From positions 180,001 to 212,000 of the forward strand of contig NZ_CP040006.1 in the NCBI RefSeq assembly GCF_005696695.1: DNA of 32,000 nt, written 5' to 3'. A program made the position numbers and the translations under genes. The notes under the pieces are model-generated. The model did not search any database and was not told the DNA's origin. It worked only from the letters and a program-made list of their open reading frames with translations. Positions within the stretch are counted from its first letter, which is position 1. The number at the start of each line of letters is the position of its first letter. The DNA comes from Schaalia odontolytica. GTDB lineage: Bacteria; Actinomycetota; Actinomycetes; Actinomycetales; Actinomycetaceae. Below, one piece after another: positions 24,792 to 31,784 of the stretch.

Positions 24792-24841
24792 CGACGAGGC
24801 CGGGGCTGAGCGTGCGCACACACCCGGCCTCGGCCTCGTCG
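24792..24841 (-). terminator. Imperfect stem-loop after the osmoprotectant operon, containing the recurrent 14-mer
   Basis: CGACGAGGCCGGG pairs with CCCGGCCTC(GGCCTC)GTCG, with a 6-nt duplication bulge. It lies 16 nt downstream of the stop at 24857 on the minus strand. Confidence 0.45.
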
Positions 24842-24856
24842 AGTAAAGGGGAGGGA

Positions 24857-25774
24857 TTAGGAGAGCAAACCCTCGGAAATGAGCCACTCGTGAGCGATCT
24901 GAGAGGCGGACTTCTGCTCCACCGTCGACGCCCGATTCATCTCCACAAGGTCCTGAGCGTCCAGCGCCGCGCTCACTCGGTTGATGACCGTGGTTGCGTC
25001 GTCGTTCACCCGCGACGAGGCCAGGGGTACCACGTGCGAGGCCAGGAACAGGCCCTTCGGGTCATCCAGGACCTTCAGCGTCCCGTCGGCCAGCGCCGGG
25101 TCCGAGGAGTAGATGTTCGCCAGCTGGATGTCGCCGTCCTTCAGTGCCTTGACGGTCAGGGGGCCGCCCGAATCCTCGATCGGGGTGAAGTTGACGGTCA
25201 CGCCGTAGGTCTGCGACAGCCCCGTTGGGCCATAGGGGCGCGTCTGCAGCTCCGAGTTGCCGCCGAGGGTGAGCGTGCCCGCGCCCGCGAGGTCGCCGAT
25301 GGAGGTCAGCGAGTGCTCGGACGCGAAGTCGGCCGTCACCACGTAGGAGTCCTGGTCGGTAGCCGGCGCCTGGTCGAGGGCTCGCAATCCCATCGGGAGG
25401 GCGGTCTGTAGCGCCGCGTAAACCTCGTCAGAGGTGTGGGCACTCGCGTTCTGATCGAGATATTGCAGCAAGTTGCCCGTGTACTCGGGGAACACGTCGA
25501 TCGCGCCGGCCTCGATCTCGGGCATGTAGACCTCGCGCTGGCCGATCCGCAGCTGTCGGTCGACCGTGAAGCCTGCCCCTTCGAGGGCCTGTGCGTAGGC
25601 CTCCGCGATGATCTCGTTGGAGTAGTAGTCCTGCGACCCCACAACGAGCGTCGTCGAGCCATTCTCCGAACTCCCGGTGCTCGCGTTGCCGCCGACCGAC
25701 TCTGCCGAGCCGCAGGCGGCCAGGGCCAGGGCGGAAGCCGCGACGGCAGCCATTGTGATCATCGTGCGTTTCAT
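24857..25774 (-). CDS. Glycine betaine/choline-type osmoprotectant ABC substrate-binding lipoprotein (OpuCC/OsmF-like)
   Basis: MKRTMITMAAVAASALALAACGS contains the lipobox. LVVGSQDYYSNEIIAEAYAQALEGAGF and FPEYTGNLLQYL are typical of the OpuAC/OpuBC fold. ATGA overlap with the upstream permease. Confidence 0.88.
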   Translation of the reverse strand: MKRTMITMAAVAASALALAACGSAESVGGNASTGSSENGSTTLVVGSQDYYSNEIIAEAYAQALEGAGFTVDRQLRIGQREVYMPEIEAGAIDVFPEYTGNLLQYLDQNASAHTSDEVYAALQTALPMGLRALDQAPATDQDSYVVTADFASEHSLTSIGDLAGAGTLTLGGNSELQTRPYGPTGLSQTYGVTVNFTPIEDSGGPLTVKALKDGDIQLANIYSSDPALADGTLKVLDDPKGLFLASHVVPLASSRVNDDATTVINRVSAALDAQDLVEMNRASTVEQKSASQIAHEWLISEGLLS

Positions 25775-26466
25775 AGTGTCTCCTTGAGTGAGTTGTTCTC
25801 ATCGTCTGCAAAAGAGTGGGTGCGGGCGCGTAGGCGCCGGGCGATGTACGCCAGGAGCGCATCGGTTGCCAGCGCGAGGGAGACGACGATGATCGCGCCG
25901 CCGATCATCTCCGCGTAGTCGCGGGTCTTCAGGCCCTCGTAGAGGAAGCGGCCGAGGCCGTAGTTCGCCGTGTAGGCCGCCAGCGTTGTCGTCGCAATCA
26001 CCTGGAGGGTCGCCGAGCGTATGCCCGCCGCGACGAGGCCGGCCGCGTGCGGGGCCTCGACCTGTGCCAGAACCTGGGGCTCGGTGAGCCCGATCGCACG
26101 CGCCGCATCCACGGTCGCGCGCGGCGTCGAGGCGATGCCCGAGTATGTCGCCGACAGGAGCGGCGGGATCGCCAGGATCAAGAGCGCCAGAGTCGGTGCC
26201 GCCAGGCCGATGCCCAGCCACAGGCCCGCCAGCGTCAGCACGCCGAGCGTCGGAACCGCGCGGGCCGCGCCCGTCGCACTCACCAGCCACCGGCCCCTGC
26301 CCGTGTGTCCGATCCACGTGCCCAGCGGCAGAGCGATGAGCGCTGCGAGCGCCACGATCAGGAGGGTGAGGCCCAAGTGTTCGGCGGCCCTCACGAGGAT
26401 CCCGGACGCGCCCAGCCAGTGGGCGGGGACTGCCAACCATTTCAGGGCGTCAAGGAGAATGTTCAT
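25771..26466 (-). CDS. Osmoprotectant ABC permease (OpuCD/YehW-like)
   Basis: BPD-type permease. The ATG at 26464-26466 (MNILLDALKWL) forms an ATGA overlap with the upstream permease stop. The ORF-track start at 26487 is 7 codons further up. Confidence 0.85.
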   Translation of the reverse strand: MNILLDALKWLAVPAHWLGASGILVRAAEHLGLTLLIVALAALIALPLGTWIGHTGRGRWLVSATGAARAVPTLGVLTLAGLWLGIGLAAPTLALLILAIPPLLSATYSGIASTPRATVDAARAIGLTEPQVLAQVEAPHAAGLVAAGIRSATLQVIATTTLAAYTANYGLGRFLYEGLKTRDYAEMIGGAIIVVSLALATDALLAYIARRLRARTHSFADDENNSLKETL

Positions 26467-27101
26467 GCCCGCCCCCTCCTCGTCCACGGGGTGAGCGCCC
26501 AGCCGATTCCCTGGATCAGCGCATCGATGACGAGCGCAAGGAGGACTGTTGCGACCAAGCCGGCCACGACCTCGGCGATGAGTCCGCGCTGGAAACCGTC
26601 AGTGAATAGCGTTCCCAGCGAGCGCACCCCGATAAACGCGCCCACCGTCACGAGTGACACCGTCGATGTGGCGACCACGCGCGTGCCCGCGACGATGACG
26701 GGCGTCGCCAGGGGAAGCTCCACCTCGACGAAGCGGCGAAAGAGGGGGTAGCCGCACGCGTTTGCGGCCTGCAGGGTCGCGCGCGGGATCGCGCGGAAGC
26801 CCTCCGCGGCCTGGCGCACCAGCACCGCCACACCGTACAGCGTCAGGACGATGATCATGTTGATGGGAGAGCGCAGTGCCACCCCGACGATCACCGGAAT
26901 GACAATCAGGAGAGGCAGCGACGGCACTGCGTACAGCGCCGACAAGGCCGACAGGACCCAGCCGCCGCGGCGCGAAAACGCCGCCCAGCGCGCGATCGGC
27001 ACGGAAATCAGCGCCGACAGCGCGATCGCTGGGAGGGCGATCCACAGGTGAGCAAGAGTCAGGGAGCCAATGAGCCCCCAGTTCGAGGACAGCCAGGTCA
27101 C
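26463..27101 (-). CDS. Osmoprotectant ABC permease (OpuCB/YehY-like)
   Basis: BPD-type permease with 5-6 TM segments. The GTG start forms a GTGA overlap with the ATPase stop. Confidence 0.85.
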   Translation of the reverse strand: MTWLSSNWGLIGSLTLAHLWIALPAIALSALISVPIARWAAFSRRGGWVLSALSALYAVPSLPLLIVIPVIVGVALRSPINMIIVLTLYGVAVLVRQAAEGFRAIPRATLQAANACGYPLFRRFVEVELPLATPVIVAGTRVVATSTVSLVTVGAFIGVRSLGTLFTDGFQRGLIAEVVAGLVATVLLALVIDALIQGIGWALTPWTRRGRA

Positions 27102-27925
27102 GGACGCTCCCCGGCCTCGTCGGTCGTCAGTGTGCCCACGGGCGTGCCGGCGTCGTCGACGACCAGGCCGCCCGGCCCGGCGACGCGCACCGGGCGTGCC
27201 GCGCGCGAGGCGCCCACGAACTCCGCGACGAAGGGCGAGGCGGGAGAGGAGAGTAGCTCGGTGGGCGTGCCCACCTGCTCGATGTGGCCGCCCGTCGAGA
27301 GGACGGCGACCTGGTCGCCCAACGTGAATGCCTCGTCCACGTCGTGCGTCACGAAGAGGATCGTCGTGCCCAGGGCCCGCTGAATCTCCTTCAGCTCGCG
27401 CTGCAGCTCCGCGCGCACGATCGGATCCAGCGCGCCAAAGGGTTCGTCCATCAGCAGGATGTCCGCGCGATTGGCCAGCGCCCGGGCCACGCCCACGCGC
27501 TGACGCTGGCCGCCCGACAGCTGGGCGGGGTAGCGATCTGCCATCTCGCGATCCAGGCCCACCAGCTCGAGGAGCTCGAGCGCGCGCTCGCGGGAGGCCT
27601 GCTTCGTGGCGCCCTCCAGGCGCGGGACGGTCGCGACGTTGTCTGCGATGCTTCGGTGGGGGAAGAGGCCGCCCTCCTGCAGGACGTAGCCGATCGAGCG
27701 GCGCAGGCGCACGGGGTCCTCGCCTGCGACGTCCTGGTCTCGTACGAATACCCTGCCCGAGGTCGGGGTGACCATCGCGTTCACCATTCGCATGAGGGTC
27801 GTCTTGCCGCAGCCCGAGGTGCCGAGGAAGACGGTCGTCGAGCCCTGCTCGACGGTGAGGGAGAAGTCCTCGACGGCGCGTGTGCCGCCCGGGTAGGTCT
27901 TGGAGACGTGGTCGAAGCGAATCAT
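27098..27925 (-). CDS. Osmoprotectant ABC ATP-binding protein (OpuCA/OsmV-like, 275 aa, short C-terminal tail)
   Basis: Walker A GTSGCGKTT, signature LSGGQRQRV and Walker B ILLMDEPFGALD. The ATG forms an ATGA overlap with the marR stop. Confidence 0.92.
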   Translation of the reverse strand: MIRFDHVSKTYPGGTRAVEDFSLTVEQGSTTVFLGTSGCGKTTLMRMVNAMVTPTSGRVFVRDQDVAGEDPVRLRRSIGYVLQEGGLFPHRSIADNVATVPRLEGATKQASRERALELLELVGLDREMADRYPAQLSGGQRQRVGVARALANRADILLMDEPFGALDPIVRAELQRELKEIQRALGTTILFVTHDVDEAFTLGDQVAVLSTGGHIEQVGTPTELLSSPASPFVAEFVGASRAARPVRVAGPGGLVVDDAGTPVGTLTTDEAGERP

Positions 27926-28359
27926 GCGCGCTCCTTGGCTGCCTCGGCGATGAGCGCGAGGCTGCGCGTCAGTTCCTCGCGCTGGGCTGCGGAGAGTGGG
28001 GCGAAGAGGCGCTCCTGCTCCTTCTCGACGATCATGCAGGCCTCGTCTAGGTGCGCCAGGCCCTGATCCGTCACTGTCAGGATGGTCGCGCGCCGGTCAT
28101 GCTTGCACGGGGTGCGGTGCAGTAGTCCGTCGCGGTGCAGGCGATCCACGAGGCGAGAGGCCGCTCCCAGGGTGATGCCCTGGCTTGCCGCGACCTCCTG
28201 AATGCGGCACGCGGGGGTGTCGCGAACCGTGCGCAGGACGAGGAAGCGGCCGAGCGTTAGCGCGTTGTCTGCCTCGGAAAGGGCGGATTCGACCGCGTTC
28301 CACGCGCCCATTTCCGTGTGAATCAGCGCTGTGAATAGCGAGGGTGCACATGTTGCCAT
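27922..28359 (-). CDS. MarR-family transcriptional regulator, first gene of the osmoprotectant operon
   Basis: The winged-HTH region is RIQEVAASQGITLGAASRLVDRLHRDGLLHRTPCKHDRRATILTVTDQG. ATG at 28357-28359. Confidence 0.9.
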   Translation of the reverse strand: MATCAPSLFTALIHTEMGAWNAVESALSEADNALTLGRFLVLRTVRDTPACRIQEVAASQGITLGAASRLVDRLHRDGLLHRTPCKHDRRATILTVTDQGLAHLDEACMIVEKEQERLFAPLSAAQREELTRSLALIAEAAKERA

Positions 28360-28370
28360 GTCCGCTACCT

Positions 28371-28438
28371 TACACGTAAATAATTAACACGTATGGTTTT
28401 CGTCGGCGGACATTTGTGCTCCGGCGGATGACAAATGT
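28371..28438. promoter_or_regulatory. Candidate operator cluster in the divergent marR / K+ channel intergenic region
   Basis: ACACGTA is a direct repeat at 28372-28378 and 28387-28393, within TTACACGTAAATAATTAACACGTAT. An inverted repeat ACATTTGT (28410-28417) / ACAAATGT (28431-28438) is embedded in the duplicated CGGCGGA...TGTGC. No promoter hexamers are called. Confidence 0.3.
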
Positions 28439-28620
28439 GCACGTCTGAGTCGTGAGTGTCAGCGGGAATCTGGCTGTGCGCCGGTCTTGCCAAAGCCGCT
28501 CAAGCCCAGTGCTACAGTGCGTTGTGGAGGCGAGAGGCGTGATCGTGTTCTCGCTTCGAGCCTCGGCGGATGCGCGGCTGCGCGCATAGCGGAGCGGCAC
28601 GTGCGTCTCGAGGAAGGACG

Positions 28621-29328
28621 ATGCGGATGCGGGAACGGCTCTACTCCCTGCTCAATGGCGATGGGAGAGCGGCAATGTGGTACGGGCGCGTCATGACCGC
28701 GCTCATTGTTGCCAGCCTCCTTCCCCTGTGCTTCAAGGGGTCCAGCCCCGTCCTCGAGTCGATTGAATACGTGTGCGTCCTCGTGTTCATCGCCGACTAC
28801 CTGGCACGGTGGGCGACGGCGGATCTGAAGGTCGGCAAGGGCGGGTTGTCCTTCCTGATCTATCCCTTCACCCCCATGGCGATTATCGACCTGCTGTCGA
28901 TCCTGCCTGTCTTCAACGCCCTCAACGACGCGCTGCGCACGCTGCGAGTTCTGCGCCTGTTCCGCGCGCTGCGGGCCTTCAAGCTCATCCGCTACTCGAA
29001 GAGCACCTCCGCCATCGCCGCCGTGTTTGAGAAACAGAGGGAGGCGCTGCTCGCTGTTCTTTGCCTGGCCATCGGCTACATCCTCGTCAGCGCCCTCGCC
29101 ATCTTTAACGTCGAGCCGGAAACCTTCAATACCTTCTTCGATGCCGTGTACTGGGCGGTCGTCTCCCTGACGACCGTCGGCTACGGGGATCTCTACCCCT
29201 CCTCCGACGTGGGGCGCACGATCGCAATGATCTCCTCGCTCATGGGCGTCGCCGTCGTCGCCCTGCCCTCGGGCATCATCACGGCGGGCATGCTCGACGA
29301 GCTGCGCGGCGGCGGCATCAGCGACTGA
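28621..29328 (+). CDS. Voltage-gated-like (6TM) potassium channel, 235 aa
   Basis: Selectivity filter TTVGYGD. The S4-like helix LRTLRVLRLFRALRAFKLIRY has basic residues spaced every third position. Three preceding TM helices carry acidic residues (FIADY, IIDLL). The ATG at 28621 is preceded by GGAAGGA. The ORF-track start at 28570 lies inside a hairpin. Confidence 0.88.
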   Translation: MRMRERLYSLLNGDGRAAMWYGRVMTALIVASLLPLCFKGSSPVLESIEYVCVLVFIADYLARWATADLKVGKGGLSFLIYPFTPMAIIDLLSILPVFNALNDALRTLRVLRLFRALRAFKLIRYSKSTSAIAAVFEKQREALLAVLCLAIGYILVSALAIFNVEPETFNTFFDAVYWAVVSLTTVGYGDLYPSSDVGRTIAMISSLMGVAVVALPSGIITAGMLDELRGGGISD

Positions 29329-29385
29329 TGCGCAGGGACTTTTGTGGCCGCGTGCATCCGTGCTGCCTGCGCCCTCCTCTAAAAA

Positions 29386-29493
29386 CTCGCACGTAATTCT
29401 CATCCGGTCACTTTGTAGGTGAGCCTACAAGCGTTGGAATTCCGGGCATTGCGCTGACGGTGTTCGTGGCGCGCTCGGGGAATTACGTGCGGA
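29386..29493 (+). repeat. A-type element copy A3 (108 nt, most diverged termini)
   Basis: CTCGCACGTAATTC at the left end and GGGGAATTACGTGCGGA at the right end give 12 bp of complementary arms. It shares the GGTCACTTTGTAGG and TACAAGCGTTGGAAT blocks with A1 and A2. It lies between convergent genes. Confidence 0.8.
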
Positions 29494-29503
29494 ATTCAGA
29501 GAG

Positions 29504-29575
29504 ATAGACGAGGCCGGGGCCCAACCCACCCCTCACCCTGCGGTGAGCGAGTGGCCGAGCCCCGGCCTCGTCTAT
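29504..29575. terminator. Long bidirectional stem-loop between convergent K+ channel and uracil permease genes
   Basis: ATAGACGAGGCCGGGGC (29504-29520) is the perfect reverse complement of GCCCCGGCCTCGTCTAT (29559-29575), a 17-bp stem. An inner hairpin is CTCACC-CTGC-GGTGAG. Confidence 0.65.
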
Positions 29576-29587
29576 GAATGCGTCAGA

Positions 29588-30961
29588 TCAGGCGTCAGCC
29601 TGCGGCGCGGAGGAGCGGTGGCGCTTCGAGTACGCCTCGCCCTCCAGCTCCGAACCCGACGGCGCGGACGCGGGCGTCGCCGCCTCCAGGTTCGTGCCGC
29701 GCAGCTTCGAGATCAGGCGCATGCCGTGGTAGATCAGCAGAGCGGCAGCCGTGCCCAGCGCGATGCCGCCGAAGGTCATGTCGCCCACGACCCACGTGAA
29801 GTTCGCGATCGCGACGATCAGGGCGACCGCGGCGGTGTTCAGGTTCACCGGGTTGGAGAAGTCCACGCGGTTCTGCACCCAGATGCGAACGCCCAGCATT
29901 CCGATCATGCCGTACAGGACCGTGCCCGCGCCGCCGAGCACGCCCGGGGGAATCGTCGCGATGAGGGCACCGAACTTCGGCAGCATCGACAGGACCAGAG
30001 CAACGCCAGCAGCGATGATGTACGCCGCCGTCGAGTACACGCGGGTTGCAGCCATGACGCCGATGTTCTCGGCGTAGGTGGTCGTACCCGAACCGCCGCC
30101 GCTGCCGGCCAGCATCGTGGAGAGGCCGTCCGCGACGAGCGCGCGGCCCGTCAGATCGTCCATGTTCTCGCCCGTCATCGCGGACACCGACTTCACGTGG
30201 CCGACGTTCTCGGCGACCAGGATGAACACAACCGGCAGGAACAGGCCGAGGGTCGAGAAGGAGAATGCGGGGGTGTGGAATTCGGGGAAGCCGATCCAAG
30301 CGGCGTTGCTCACCTTGGAGAAGTCGACCTCGCCCTGGATGATCGCGGCCACGTAGCCGATCAGCACGCCGATGAGGATCGAGAGGCGACCGAGGATGCC
30401 CTTGAAGAGGACGGTCACGAGGCAGATCGACACGATCGTCACGACGGCCGTGATCGGCCCTCGCTTGACCCAGTCCCACGCGGGGGGCGCCAGGTTCAGG
30501 CCGATGAGCGCCACGATCGCGCCCGTCACCACGGGCGGCATGACAGCGTCAATCCAACGCACGCCCGCGAAGTGGACGATCAGGCCGACGAGCGCCAGCG
30601 TCGCGCCGACCGCAATGATGCCGCCGAGCGCGTAGGAGGGGCCCATGGAGGAGCTGACTGCCTGGATCGGCGCGATCAGCGCGAACGAGGAACCCAGGTA
30701 CGAGGGCAGGCGACCCGCCGTAATCAGGAAGAACAGCAGGGTGCCGATCGCGGTGAAAAAAAGCGTTGTTGACGGGGGGAAACCCGTCAACAACGGAACA
30801 AGGAACGTGGCGCCAAACATCGCGACCACGTGCTGAGCACCAATACCAGCGGTGCGCGGCCACGAGAGTCGTTCACTCGGAAGGACGACGTCGCCGGGAT
30901 TAATGGACGTGCCGTTACCGTGAAGCTTCCAACGGAACAGCGGGGTCTTCGTTTCGCTCAT
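29588..30961 (-). CDS. NCS2-family uracil/xanthine permease (457 aa)
   Basis: GAQHVVAMFGATFLVPLLTG and YLGSSFALIAPI are typical of the UraA/PyrP family, and the topology is about 14-TM. ATG at 30959-30961 (MSETKTPLF). The ORF-track extension to 31711 has no stop but runs through the next gene and the tRNA. Confidence 0.9.
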   Translation of the reverse strand: MSETKTPLFRWKLHGNGTSINPGDVVLPSERLSWPRTAGIGAQHVVAMFGATFLVPLLTGFPPSTTLFFTAIGTLLFFLITAGRLPSYLGSSFALIAPIQAVSSSMGPSYALGGIIAVGATLALVGLIVHFAGVRWIDAVMPPVVTGAIVALIGLNLAPPAWDWVKRGPITAVVTIVSICLVTVLFKGILGRLSILIGVLIGYVAAIIQGEVDFSKVSNAAWIGFPEFHTPAFSFSTLGLFLPVVFILVAENVGHVKSVSAMTGENMDDLTGRALVADGLSTMLAGSGGGSGTTTYAENIGVMAATRVYSTAAYIIAAGVALVLSMLPKFGALIATIPPGVLGGAGTVLYGMIGMLGVRIWVQNRVDFSNPVNLNTAAVALIVAIANFTWVVGDMTFGGIALGTAAALLIYHGMRLISKLRGTNLEAATPASAPSGSELEGEAYSKRHRSSAPQADA

Positions 30962-31120
30962 AAGCGTACAAATCCGATCAGTTGATGGGCAGAATGGCCG
31001 TACCGGTCGGAATAACAGGGTAGCGCGTCCGTCCCCGTCCCCGCAGGTTTCGCCACGCCTAAACCCCTCCAGCGGGCAAAGTGTGGTGCATGCCCCTCCC
31101 ATTATGGAATAGTGGAGCAC

Positions 31121-31567
31121 ATGAGTCAGCCGTCCTCGAATATCGCCCCCGCCGTCTCGAGCGTGCCCTGGGCGACCCCGGATGTGACCTCGTCGATGGA
31201 TGCGCCGGGCGACCGCTTCGGATACGCGCCGGGCCGCCTTCGCGTCCCCAGCGCCGACCTCTCGGGGCCCACGTTCCCCGGGACGCAGTACGTGGACGTT
31301 GCTGCGATCTTCGCCGACGGCGGCTACAACTCGCCCAAGCCGATCGGGAATCCCCTCGCGAAGGCTGCCCTGTGGGTCAGCGTCTTCGGACTTTTCGGCC
31401 TTCCGGTGATCGCCTCGGTCGTCCTTGCGATCATTGCCCTCGTGCAGGCGCAAAACCTGCCTGACCGCGTCGGCGCGCGCGAAGCCATCGCAGCCCTCGC
31501 ATTCGACGGCATCCTGATCGGCGGCGCCGTGATCTTCTATCTGATTGGCCTCTCTGGGCTCTTCTAA
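31121..31567 (+). CDS. DUF4190-like small membrane protein (Pro/Ser-rich N-terminus plus two C-terminal TM helices)
   Basis: AKAALWVSVFGLFGLPVIASVVLAIIALVQA and IAALAFDGILIGGAVIFYLIGL are the hydrophobic segments. The ATG at 31121 has GGAG 6 nt upstream. An alternative GTG is at 31112. Confidence 0.65.
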   Translation: MSQPSSNIAPAVSSVPWATPDVTSSMDAPGDRFGYAPGRLRVPSADLSGPTFPGTQYVDVAAIFADGGYNSPKPIGNPLAKAALWVSVFGLFGLPVIASVVLAIIALVQAQNLPDRVGAREAIAALAFDGILIGGAVIFYLIGLSGLF

Positions 31568-31657
31568 GGGGTTCGTGCCGCGCTGTGACCTGCTCCATTG
31601 GCCAGGATTGGCGCTGAGAGCCTTTTGTCGCTTATGATTGTCCGGCACGATGTGCAC

Positions 31658-31745
31658 GGAGGATTCGCCTAGTGGCCTATGGCGCACGCTTGGAAAGCGT
31701 GTTGGGTGCAAGCCCTCGGGGGTTCGAATCCCCCATCCTCCGCCA
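31658..31745 (+). tRNA. tRNA-Ser (anticodon GGA), class II with long variable arm, CCA encoded
   Basis: Hand fold. Acceptor stem GGAGGAT/ATCCTCC. Anticodon stem CACGC/GCGTG with loop TTGGAAA. Variable arm TTGGGTGCAAGCCCTC. T arm GGGGG-TTCGAAT-CCCCC. Discriminator G plus CCA. Confidence 0.9.
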
Positions 31746-31750
31746 CCGGA

Positions 31751-31781
31751 CCCCGGGACCGCTTCAGGTTCCGGGGTTTTT
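31751..31781 (+). terminator. Rho-independent terminator after tRNA-Ser
   Basis: CCCCGGGACC-GCTTCA-GGTTCCGGGG forms a 10-bp stem with one mismatch, followed by TTTTTG. Confidence 0.8.
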
Positions 31782-31784
31782 GTT

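Noticed and set aside
28440-28620. c-di-AMP (ydaO/kimA-type) riboswitch in the 5' region of the K+ channel gene
   Set aside because: It is a tempting context and a GGGAAUC word is present. However, I cannot find the paired pseudo-symmetric conserved blocks (the repeated GGGGA/ACGGGG-type and CCCGA/CCGA-type segments, and the terminal CUAACC...AAGCG) expected of the motif. Only short local hairpins are present, for example ATGCGCG-GCTG-CGCGCAT at 28570-28587. A cmsearch with RF00379 would settle it.
30962-31110. PyrR-binding attenuator upstream of the uracil permease
   Set aside because: The leader, read on the minus strand, contains GCUGGAGGGGUUUAGGCG and a GGUUU...AAACC hairpin, but not the conserved UCCAGAGAGG-type PyrR loop. 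No terminator/antiterminator alternative is evident.
30962-31711. 250-residue N-terminal extension of the uracil permease ORF (track ORF 29588-31711)
   Set aside because: The extension has no stop codon, but it overlaps the oppositely oriented DUF4190-like gene and the tRNA-Ser. The permease homology begins at MSETKTPLF (ATG at 30961).
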